From an uncultured Gammaproteobacteria bacterium (GTDB lineage: Bacteria > Patescibacteriota > Microgenomatia > Levybacterales > UBA12049): a stretch of DNA of 64,000 nt. Under the pieces are notes generated by a model, which made no database searches, was not told where the DNA came from, and was given only the letters and a program-made list of their open reading frames with translations. Below, piece by piece: positions 50,220 to 59,003 of the stretch. Every line of letters begins with the position of its first letter. The stretch's first letter is position 1. Location of the stretch: contig CAYYSJ010000001.1 in NCBI GenBank assembly GCA_964474445.1, forward strand, positions 270,530 through 334,529, written 5' to 3'. A program made the position numbers and the translations under genes.

Positions 50220-51002
50220 TTATATTGGTAAATCTTTTGGGATAAAATAGACTTCTTCGTGATAAGGAATACGTCCATCAGGAAATAAATGCAAGAATTG
50301 TGATTGATAAGACGCGATCTGTTCTCTTTTTTTTATCAGATCTACTGTTACTACAATTTTTTGATATCCTTTTGGAGGCTTACCATAATTATTTAGCCAA
50401 ATATTATAGGGGAAATCACTATAATAGATTATGTTCTTTGATAGCGCTTTGCACACATTATGGACCAATATATGATCAACATGATTACCAATTCCCAAAG
50501 GAGCAAAAATATAATCATTTTTCACATTAGTAATTTGTTTTATTTGCTGAGTAATATTTTTCATAGTTGACCAGTCGAGGGGAGATAATCTTCCTGTGGT
50601 AATATGATATTTGTATGTAGGGTATATAACTGATAATTCAGGAATTACTGTCTCGAGCATTTGTAATAATCCGTGCTTTTCTTTCTTTCTCCATAAAGCA
50701 TCAACAAACCCCAAATTAATTGGTGAAATGTGCAGTTTTTTATATGCAGACCTATCCTCTTCACGTCTTCTTTTATATAATATACTTGCATTTTTGTATC
50801 CTAATTTTTTTAGATACCACCAAGCAGATATTGTTGATTTAACATTAGGTGCATCTGTGAAGACATTTATGACAATCAATTCTCTTTTTTTTGAAAGAGA
50901 GCTTATTAGCTGACTACATGACAATAATGCATCGTCAAGATGAGGTGACACAAAACAATAATTTGTTTTCATTCTTAAAAAAGTTCTAAGAAAGTTATCC
51001 AT
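50220..51002 (-). CDS. PIG-L family N-deacetylase
   Basis: SPHLDDA..S, R..ED, GNHVDH, YSDFPY, YQSQ. Confidence 0.9.
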   Translation of the reverse strand: MDNFLRTFLRMKTNYCFVSPHLDDALLSCSQLISSLSKKRELIVINVFTDAPNVKSTISAWWYLKKLGYKNASILYKRRREEDRSAYKKLHISPINLGFVDALWRKKEKHGLLQMLETVIPELSVIYPTYKYHITTGRLSPLDWSTMKNITQQIKQITNVKNDYIFAPLGIGNHVDHILVHNVCKALSKNIIYYSDFPYNIWLNNYGKPPKGYQKIVVTVDLIKKREQIASYQSQFLHLFPDGRIPYHEEVYFIPKDLPI

Positions 51003-52101
51003 GGTGTTTAAGTATAGTATTCACAAATGTTTTGTATTTTTTTGCTATGTTATCCCATGTTTGCAATGTAACTAATTTCCTTCCCCTTTCGGACAACAAT
51101 TTCCTTAGTTTTATGTCTTTTGATAGTTTTACCATTGCTTTTCCAAACATATGTGAATTAAAAATAGGAATCTTTATAGAAACAGATTTTGGAATCCAAC
51201 GTAAACCAGGAATGTCAAAACATACTATTGGTATTCCATAGTTAAGAGATTCGAGTGCTATTAATGAGTACGTTTCATATCGTGATGGAATAACGACAAA
51301 AATTGCATTTCTCAGAAGCCTTTTTTTCTTTTCTCCTTCTATTCTTCCAACAAAAATAATATTCTTACCTAAATGAAGTTTCCTAACAAGAGATTTTAAT
51401 ATTTCCTGATCTGCTGGCATCCCTGATCCAGCTATCACAAGAGAAAAATCCAATTCATCTTGTACTGTTTTGTAACTTTCCAATAATAAATCTAGTCCTT
51501 TTTGATTTACTTCTAACCTGCCCATAAAAAGTATGTATTTTTTGTTGTTTGTACTCATTGGCTTTTCATGATGAATCCCATTAGGAATAATAGTAACGAA
51601 AGATTCAGCATTCTTTTTTTGTATGAGTGCCTTTGAATACTTACTAAGAACAATAAAGTATCTATATGTGCGTAGACCAAAATCTTCAATAACATGAAAA
51701 GGTAACTTATATTTTCTTTCCATATCTGCAGCACAAAGCATATGGACCAAGCCAATAACTGGTTTTTTTGTGACTAACTGCAAAAATCCCGTAGAAAATG
51801 GTGGAGTAAAATTCTCAATCCATACATCGAATTTCTGTGACATAGCATAGAATGGAAGAAGTAGTTGATATACAAATTGTTCAAATTGTGGATTACCAAA
51901 GGGATAACCAATCCTTTTGTAGGTAATGTTATCTATCTTCTCATCTGAACTATTTTTAAACTTTGCTGTTATAATGGACACGTCATAGCTTGAGGAAATT
52001 TTTTTTGCAATTTCGTGTATCGCAATTGCACCTCCTCCTGAATAATAAGGATTTCCAATTGAGTCGTAATTAGAGAAAATGATTGTCTTTTTTTTATTCA
52101 T
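50995..52101 (-). CDS. GT4 glycosyltransferase
   Basis: GGG, IPNG, GRL...KGLD, PSRYETY....LES...G.P. Confidence 0.92.
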   Translation of the reverse strand: MNKKKTIIFSNYDSIGNPYYSGGGAIAIHEIAKKISSSYDVSIITAKFKNSSDEKIDNITYKRIGYPFGNPQFEQFVYQLLLPFYAMSQKFDVWIENFTPPFSTGFLQLVTKKPVIGLVHMLCAADMERKYKLPFHVIEDFGLRTYRYFIVLSKYSKALIQKKNAESFVTIIPNGIHHEKPMSTNNKKYILFMGRLEVNQKGLDLLLESYKTVQDELDFSLVIAGSGMPADQEILKSLVRKLHLGKNIIFVGRIEGEKKKRLLRNAIFVVIPSRYETYSLIALESLNYGIPIVCFDIPGLRWIPKSVSIKIPIFNSHMFGKAMVKLSKDIKLRKLLSERGRKLVTLQTWDNIAKKYKTFVNTILKHHG

Positions 52102-55100
52102 GTATTTGCTACGGTACTTATTTCAGGTTCTGGAACCATTTGTACTGTCTCGCTCATAAATAGTTGTAAACTTTCTTTAGCACTCGTATCCCAGTCATAA
52201 ATTTTTGCCCATTCTATAGCGTTTCTTGATAATTGTTCTCTCAGGTTGTTATTGGTAATAATTTCAATAATCTTTTGTGCAAATGCATCAGCATTACCAT
52301 ACTCAACAAGAAAACCCGTATTGGGATTGTTAATTGAGTCACATAAACCAGGAACATCTGAAGCAATAGCAGGTGTTCCACACGCATTTGCCTCAATCGT
52401 TGTAATTCCCCATCCTTCTATCATTGATGGGTTAACTAGTACCCATGATTTTTGGAATAATTCAATTTTTTCTTTTTCAGTAATTTGTCCTAAGAAGAAA
52501 ACATTGTTTTCAATTTGTAATTTTCCTACAAGCTTTTGCATTCTCTTTTTATCTTCACCATCACCCGCAATAATAAATTGTATATCTGACATCTTTTGGA
52601 GAATTTTATCAGCCGCATGAATAAGTACCTGAAGACTTTTATAGAATTGAATTCTTCCTACGTACAAAATAATTGGTTTTTCATTCTTCTTACCAGGTTT
52701 GAATTTAGTCAAATCTACCCCATTGTAAATAATAGTTGGTTCAATAGTTGTAAGTTTATGAGATAGTATGGCTTGCTTGGTTGACGGAGAAACCGTAAAA
52801 ATTTGTGTATTTTTATACACAAGCGGCATAAGTTTTAATTCTAAAAAGGAGGCCAGCCAAGAGAAAGGAGGTATAAGGGATTTTCTAAATACTTCTTGAT
52901 GCACATGGTGAATAAGAAGAAATATTTTTTGCCTAGCGTAGAGCGGTGTAAAGAATGGTATACCATTCTCACAATCGAGAATAATATTGTAGCTATTTCT
53001 ATATTTGAATATGTAATACAAAAATGCCCAAACATACACAAAATAAAAACCTCCTCTTCTTTGTACTTCTACCCCATCAATAATTTCATGTTTTAAAGAT
53101 TTTCCATCATTGCTGCAAAATAATGTTACCAGATAACCATCTTTGATCCATCGTTTTGAAAGTTCATGAATGTATATCTCTGCTCCTCCAGCAAACTTAT
53201 GTCTTGTATCTCTCCAATTAAATATTAAAATGGCTTTCCTATCCCTGTTTACATTAGGTGATTCCTGCGAGAAGAATAATTCAAAAACATCCTTCAGATT
53301 ATTTTCAAATACTATAACGTGTTTTCGCATGAGGTGAAGTAGAACCATTCCTATGATATGTAATGCAGCAGTAGTAACCATTACTTCTACAAAATCAGCA
53401 ATACTTTGATGAATGAGTTGTAAGAGTATTATTTGTATTATTCCTAACACAAAAGCGAGTAAAGAAAATGTGTATATTTTCTTTGCTAGATAAAACGAAA
53501 CAATAATTTGTGATAGAGAAAAACAAACCAACCCTAAACAAAATACTGGTAGATAATCTGTTATCGATATTGCTTTTGGTCCAAAAAAAAGAGGGACCGT
53601 TAGATAACCAAATAAGCCGAGTACTATATAGCCAAAAGATGTTAGTAAACCAGCCGAAAGCAATGTGTACGTTAGCACGTGGTCTGAATTTTTATTAGCT
53701 CCTTCGCTTCGACTAACAAGAGGCATAATAAAGGGAAATACTAAAGAAGCTAGAAAATAAATTATTTTCCCTGTCAATGAAAGTAACGAATATTTTCCAG
53801 CATCCAAAGGTGGTAAAAAGTGTTTTGCTAAGATAACATCCAAACTCAAAAAACTTATTGCTGATAATCCTCCAAGAACAGATACTAAAAAGAATTTAAT
53901 TGGGAAACTCATTTGGTAAATAGTTTCTTTCAGGGATATATGTTTTGTCGTTAGTACTAATACAACTAATCCAAAAACAAAAGATGAAATAACAGACAAT
54001 GGAATGGAAACATACGTAAGTGAGCCACCGTAAAGAGGTGCTAGGATAAGTGCAAAAGATAATTTTATAATAGGTTCAATGACATATACGACTCCTACAA
54101 TAGCAAAAAGAAATTCCCCATACAAAAATCCCTTATTTACCGCTGTAGGAATAATGATGATAAGTAAAGGAATAAAAGAAAGGAAAACATATGGGTCGTT
54201 AATATTAAAAAAGTGCATGAATAGAGGGGAAAAGGCTATCCAAAGACAAGCAAAAAACACGGAAATGAAAAGTGATTTTTTGAATACATCTTTCCAGATA
54301 CTAAGACTTGCTCCTTTTCCATATTTCCCTACCATGTAGCTACTTTGGTGGTTAACAGTTGCACTTATAGCAGTTATCGGTATAGATAAAAAAGACAAAA
54401 AACTTCCAAGAGTGGTAATAAGTGAAAAATTTTCTAAATCTAAAACTCTCCCAAGATAGGCATTAAAAATAAAATTGAGTACATTTGCGATATTTATAGC
54501 AAGGATAAGTAAAGCCCCTTCCCAAAAAGGTTGTTTGTTTTGTAAACTGCCTATGATTTTTTCCCTCAGCGTTTCTACCGGTAAAAAAATGCTTCTTATA
54601 CCAAGAATAAGTTTTGGTATTTCCTTGTTTTTGCTTGGTTGCAAATGTAACCCATGAAGGGTTTTTTCCCAATAGTAAGGTCTGAAAAGTAATTGATACA
54701 ATGCAATAACTCCAGACCAACTAATAAGGAACCAATAGATGGGAATACAATAGACATATTTAACAAGCTCCCATTGCTCCTTTTTTGTGCATCCAAGCAT
54801 ATAGAGATATGCGAACATAAAATTCCCGAAAACTAATGAACTAAATGCAATATAGAAAACATAAGAAGGATATAATGCTTGAATAGATGGGCCAACAAGG
54901 GAAAAAAGAATAAAATAGGCAATGGTTGCAGTCCAAAGGAGTGGATTAATAAGAATAAATGCAACTTTTCCACCAATGGTAAGGTGAAAAAATAACGCAT
55001 GAATGATATTATTTTTGATAAATAAAAAATCCTCTCGTGTATGAACTAAGTATGTTTGCATATATCCTTTGATCCATCGCGATCGCTGTCGTATCCAATT

Positions 55101-56783
55101 AGCAACACTACTATTTGCTTCTTCCAAAGTAATTGATTCAATGATTGCTGTTTTGTAACCTTTCTTAAAAAGCCGTATACCCAAATCTGCATCTTCGGCT
55201 ACATTAAATGGATCCCATCCTTGAAGGTGTTTCATGTCTTCTGTTCGGAAATGGTTGCTTGTTCCACCAAGTGGAATACTAGTATGTGTCGCTTGAAGAC
55301 CAGTAAGTGTTATGTCAAACCACAAGGAATACTCAGCGGTAAAAAAACGAGTTAATAAGTTCTGGTGAGGATTGTAGTAGTTAAGCTTTGCCTGTAAACA
55401 TACAACATCTCCTGCAACTTTTTGGAATCCAAGATAAGCTTTTTTTAATTGGAATGGATCAGGGATGTCTTCTGCATCATAAATAACTACGTATTCCCCT
55501 TTTGTTTGAGAGAGTCCATAATTGCACGCTTTTGGTTTCGTTTTAGGAATTGAGTGAGGAACAATAACTGGACGAATATAGGAAGGGAGGTTTCTGTTTG
55601 TAACTGCTTCAATAAACTTTTTATCATCTTCTTCAAGGAGAAGCATGACATCAAGTTTTTCTTTCGGCCAATTAAGTTTTGCAATTGCCTCTATAAATTG
55701 TGGAATAACATCTGTTTCTTTATACAATGGACAGAGAATGGAATAGATGGGGAGATTCTCATCTTTAAGTGCGTGTAACTCATCAGGTGTTGAGAAAATT
55801 TCTTGAGGAGAATGAAGACTTCTCATAACAAGGAAAAAATTAAACAAGACATCAACAAAGTAAATAAAGCTTAAAGCGCCAATAATGCATTGTGCGGTGA
55901 AGAGTGGCTTTAGGAAAAGTCCTAGGAGTATCAATACAACGAGTAATCCAATCATTATTTTTTGTTTGCCAATAAGGGTTTGAATAGCAGATTGAGAATG
56001 ATGAAGAGTGGTATGCGTAATATATTTTCTTCTCTTATACCCCACTCCTGCTCCTTTCATCGACCCTTTATCAGTTGGAGGAAAATGAATTGGGTTAATT
56101 TTCTTTCCTTTAACTAACAATGCATTTAGTCCTATCTCAACGCTTGTCTTAAGGAGAGATACTTTTGACTTACCATTTATTCGCTGGGCGAAGATAATGT
56201 CAAAGCTTTCAACAACAAATCCTGCTTCCGTTGCACGCTGGAGGAATTCAAGATCAAATGTCCAGCCAGAGGAAGGAGCATAGGAGAGAGTCTGAAAGAC
56301 CTCCCTTTTAAAAACTTTCAACCCTGCTTGAATATCATGATTAAGGCCAAATAGAAGCTCACCAAATACATATCTAAATGAATTACTAATAAGGCTACGT
56401 ACTTTTGAGACATGTTTTTCTATCCGATTCGCAACAACAACATCTGCTCCATTCTCAAGTTTTTTGATCATTTTCGGAATTACCTCTGGAGGATATTGGA
56501 GATCTGCATCAATACATACAATATAGTCGCTCGAAGATTTTTGAATACCTTGATAAAGAGAAAAAGCTTTCCCTCTCTTTCCTTTTTTTATTTCAAATCT
56601 AATAGGATACTTTGTTTGTAGAGACTTGATAACCTGTAGGGTATTATCTGTAGAGAAATCGTCAACAAAAATAATTTCATATGACTTATTTTCTTTTACA
56701 AACGCTGTATGTATTCTGTTAACCAGCGGTGTAATATTATTTTCTTCATTCCAGACAGGAATAATAATAGTAATGTGTTTCAT
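52098..56783 (-). CDS. Multidomain protein: DPM1-like GT2 + processive GT2 + Wzx-like flippase + GT4
   Basis: IIPVWNE/VDD.STD/DADLQ; PLYKE/TKPKA/YDAED/EDADLG/RQRSRW; ~12-TM MATE/Wzx-like block; AGGAE/YVGR..YK/PS..EGWG...IEANACGTP. Confidence 0.88.
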   Translation of the reverse strand: MKHITIIIPVWNEENNITPLVNRIHTAFVKENKSYEIIFVDDFSTDNTLQVIKSLQTKYPIRFEIKKGKRGKAFSLYQGIQKSSSDYIVCIDADLQYPPEVIPKMIKKLENGADVVVANRIEKHVSKVRSLISNSFRYVFGELLFGLNHDIQAGLKVFKREVFQTLSYAPSSGWTFDLEFLQRATEAGFVVESFDIIFAQRINGKSKVSLLKTSVEIGLNALLVKGKKINPIHFPPTDKGSMKGAGVGYKRRKYITHTTLHHSQSAIQTLIGKQKIMIGLLVVLILLGLFLKPLFTAQCIIGALSFIYFVDVLFNFFLVMRSLHSPQEIFSTPDELHALKDENLPIYSILCPLYKETDVIPQFIEAIAKLNWPKEKLDVMLLLEEDDKKFIEAVTNRNLPSYIRPVIVPHSIPKTKPKACNYGLSQTKGEYVVIYDAEDIPDPFQLKKAYLGFQKVAGDVVCLQAKLNYYNPHQNLLTRFFTAEYSLWFDITLTGLQATHTSIPLGGTSNHFRTEDMKHLQGWDPFNVAEDADLGIRLFKKGYKTAIIESITLEEANSSVANWIRQRSRWIKGYMQTYLVHTREDFLFIKNNIIHALFFHLTIGGKVAFILINPLLWTATIAYFILFSLVGPSIQALYPSYVFYIAFSSLVFGNFMFAYLYMLGCTKKEQWELVKYVYCIPIYWFLISWSGVIALYQLLFRPYYWEKTLHGLHLQPSKNKEIPKLILGIRSIFLPVETLREKIIGSLQNKQPFWEGALLILAINIANVLNFIFNAYLGRVLDLENFSLITTLGSFLSFLSIPITAISATVNHQSSYMVGKYGKGASLSIWKDVFKKSLFISVFFACLWIAFSPLFMHFFNINDPYVFLSFIPLLIIIIPTAVNKGFLYGEFLFAIVGVVYVIEPIIKLSFALILAPLYGGSLTYVSIPLSVISSFVFGLVVLVLTTKHISLKETIYQMSFPIKFFLVSVLGGLSAISFLSLDVILAKHFLPPLDAGKYSLLSLTGKIIYFLASLVFPFIMPLVSRSEGANKNSDHVLTYTLLSAGLLTSFGYIVLGLFGYLTVPLFFGPKAISITDYLPVFCLGLVCFSLSQIIVSFYLAKKIYTFSLLAFVLGIIQIILLQLIHQSIADFVEVMVTTAALHIIGMVLLHLMRKHVIVFENNLKDVFELFFSQESPNVNRDRKAILIFNWRDTRHKFAGGAEIYIHELSKRWIKDGYLVTLFCSNDGKSLKHEIIDGVEVQRRGGFYFVYVWAFLYYIFKYRNSYNIILDCENGIPFFTPLYARQKIFLLIHHVHQEVFRKSLIPPFSWLASFLELKLMPLVYKNTQIFTVSPSTKQAILSHKLTTIEPTIIYNGVDLTKFKPGKKNEKPIILYVGRIQFYKSLQVLIHAADKILQKMSDIQFIIAGDGEDKKRMQKLVGKLQIENNVFFLGQITEKEKIELFQKSWVLVNPSMIEGWGITTIEANACGTPAIASDVPGLCDSINNPNTGFLVEYGNADAFAQKIIEIITNNNLREQLSRNAIEWAKIYDWDTSAKESLQLFMSETVQMVPEPEISTVANT

Positions 56784-57161
56784 TTCTACAGACAATGCTA
56801 ATAACGATATATAGGCATTGTGTTGAACCTATGTAGGACTCTTTTGTAAGAATGGTTTTTCATACTGGCGGTTTTTATTGACTATAGGCAGACCAGTATG
56901 TAGTCCTCCTACTAAAGTAATGAGAAGTTGTTTGTCCAAATACTTTTTTCCATGTGATGGTAATGTGCTCATTTCTTTTTATGGAATTAGTATTTTCTCT
57001 ATTCTCCTTCTCGTACTATAAGTGGGACTATTAACGTTAAAATATACAGGAAGCAAGTAAAAAGAAATGATAAATATGCAACAAGTTAGTAAGAACGTTT
57101 TATAACTAAGACCATGAGAGGTTCTTTCTTCATGTGATTTTACCCCAAAGCTATTTCGTAC

Positions 57162-57287
57162 CTATTCTCTAGTACCTCACACCGCTTCCCAATATGCCTT
57201 CAATCTGGTTCCAATTTTTTTCTAAAATGTCCACACGAGGATAAAATTCTCTTATAACTTTATTCTAAGATAAATTTTGAGGCTAAT
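57162..57287 (-). repeat. Degenerate repeat copy A
   Basis: Aligns with 58304-58429; 41/51 identity in the core by hand alignment; ends AAATTTTGAGGCTAAT on +. Confidence 0.8.
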
Positions 57288-57307
57288 TTGGTTCCAATAC
57301 CTGATGT

Positions 57308-57832
57308 CTATAAACCTTGAGTTACTCTAAATGCAATTGTTCCAATATGTAGTGATTTAAAGGTATGACCAGGCTTTACTGCTGTCCCATATATCCAAGA
57401 ACGTCTTCTTTGATACATACCTTCATTTTTGGAAACAATAAGAAAACCTGTATGCTCTGAGTCTCTGGGCATTGCTAAATCCATTGCATATGAGATATCT
57501 CCAGATGTCTCAAACCACGTCTTATTTCCATGTGGACCCTCTCTATCTATCCCAAATTCTTCAATCGTATCAATAACTTGTTTCAATAATTGTGGATCAT
57601 TACTTCTCTGTAATCCTCTGAAGGCGTATCCTTTCCTCGGGTGTTCTAGCGCTTCTCGTAAAGCACTCTCTCTAGGTAATTGAGCTGCAAGGAACTTTGC
57701 CAAAGGTTTATAATCTGGCGTTATGATTTCATTATCTCTTAGATCTGAAGGAATTCTGTCTTCCTCTATAAAAAACAGATAGAATTCTCTATCCGAGGGA
57801 TTTCTTGTTTCTCCTTCGGGTGGTATTGTCAT
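57308..57832 (-). CDS. Hypothetical protein, possible ADP-ribosyltransferase-like fold
   Basis: YAFRGL...IEEFGI...TWFET...SYA...GFLIV pattern; ATG 57832. Confidence 0.55.
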   Translation of the reverse strand: MTIPPEGETRNPSDREFYLFFIEEDRIPSDLRDNEIITPDYKPLAKFLAAQLPRESALREALEHPRKGYAFRGLQRSNDPQLLKQVIDTIEEFGIDREGPHGNKTWFETSGDISYAMDLAMPRDSEHTGFLIVSKNEGMYQRRRSWIYGTAVKPGHTFKSLHIGTIAFRVTQGL

Positions 57833-57932
57833 GGCTGGGATTATATCTTGATAGTAACTAAAAAGCAAGATATTCAGTATTGTTGTTTAGTTTTAATACC
57901 TACTTGTGGTATCAGCTCAAACAAACCCGTAC

Positions 57933-58017
57933 CTACTATGCAATACTTCCCACCCCTTCCAAATGTAGTTGTGATTATATTAACACTTATCTTTCTTTAC
58001 ATATTCATCTTTGAGGT
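57933..58017 (-). repeat. Degenerate partial repeat copy C
   Basis: 26/35 identity to 58304-58338; TTTGAGG end motif at 58010-16. Confidence 0.6.
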
Positions 58018-58024
58018 AGTTTAT

Positions 58025-58219
58025 TTAAGAGTAAGAAGGTAAATTAAGATGTTCTTCTATACGTTTTATTTGCTTTTTCTGTCTCATTTGTTCTAAATCA
58101 AGAAGTTTTGCTGTAGTATCTACTATTTTCTTTATATGACGAATATCAATTTTAATGGATTTTAATTTTTGATCGACAACTGAACCCATCGCTTGTAAAT
58201 CATCATTAGTAAGTGTCAT
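58025..58219 (-). CDS. Small coiled-coil hypothetical protein
   Basis: MTLTNDDLQAM..VVDQKL...RIEEHLNL; TATAAC upstream. Confidence 0.7.
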   Translation of the reverse strand: MTLTNDDLQAMGSVVDQKLKSIKIDIRHIKKIVDTTAKLLDLEQMRQKKQIKRIEEHLNLPSYS

Positions 58220-58303
58220 ATTAGATTAGTTATAACATATTCTTTGTTTTTTGTAATATTTGTTCCAATACTTCCATGTATATTATCAAAAACTAATCCA
58301 CAG

Positions 58304-58429
58304 CTATTTTCCAGTACCTCCCACCATTCCCAAATATACCCTTCAACCTGATTCCAACTTTTATCTTGCATGTCCACTCGAGGCTAGAATTGCAAGAATC
58401 TCTTTTTGTATGGAAATTTTGAGGTTAAT
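58304..58429 (-). repeat. Degenerate repeat copy B (best preserved)
   Basis: Minus frame encodes PRVDMQDKSWNQVEGYIWEWWEVLENS; ends AAATTTTGAGGTTAAT on +. Confidence 0.8.
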
Positions 58430-58459
58430 AGGAATGGAGTAACAAAGGAGAGATGAAGT

Positions 58460-58939
58460 TTATTTTGCAGGTAAATCTACTGTTTTTTCTACTTGGTAAA
58501 TTTTCCCATCTGTCTTACTTACCTTCAGTGTCAATTTAATTGAAGAAACCACATTATCGTATCGACAGATACCAGAGGAGCATGTCCCAAACTCTCTATA
58601 CCCTATCCCTGCTGTCTTATTTCCTGGGGTCACATCAACTGTTCCAATAAGTCCCTCGGGGACTTGGGATCCTTTTACATCCTTTGTATAGGAAATTTGA
58701 TATTCAGCTGCAGTGATATCAGATGCATTATTTAGGGTAAATTTCATTGCTTTATTATCAGAACGGAAAGCAATATCAAGACCAACTGCTTCTGGAGAAA
58801 GCGCAAGAACTTGCTGAGCTTGGCTAGCCGCCTGAGTTGGAGCTGCAGTTCTTTTCTGAGATAACATAGATACTGAAACGACTGCAATAAGCACAACAAC
58901 AACCGCTGCAACAACAAGTGTAAGTTTGTTTTTTAACAT
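58460..58939 (-). CDS. Membrane-anchored hypothetical protein
   Basis: N-terminal TM; FGTCSSGICRYD disulfide motif. Confidence 0.75.
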   Translation of the reverse strand: MLKNKLTLVVAAVVVVLIAVVSVSMLSQKRTAAPTQAASQAQQVLALSPEAVGLDIAFRSDNKAMKFTLNNASDITAAEYQISYTKDVKGSQVPEGLIGTVDVTPGNKTAGIGYREFGTCSSGICRYDNVVSSIKLTLKVSKTDGKIYQVEKTVDLPAK

Positions 58940-59003
58940 AAGACTATTGTGCCCAATGCAGAATTAGTTGTCAAGACAGCTTTTTGAAGTTTCTCGTAAA
59001 CTC

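Noticed and set aside
57205-57236. GGTTC...TCCAC resemblance to a tRNA/tmRNA 3' end within the repeats
   Set aside because: No T-stem pairing, wrong spacing and no CCA; no tRNA or tmRNA can be folded
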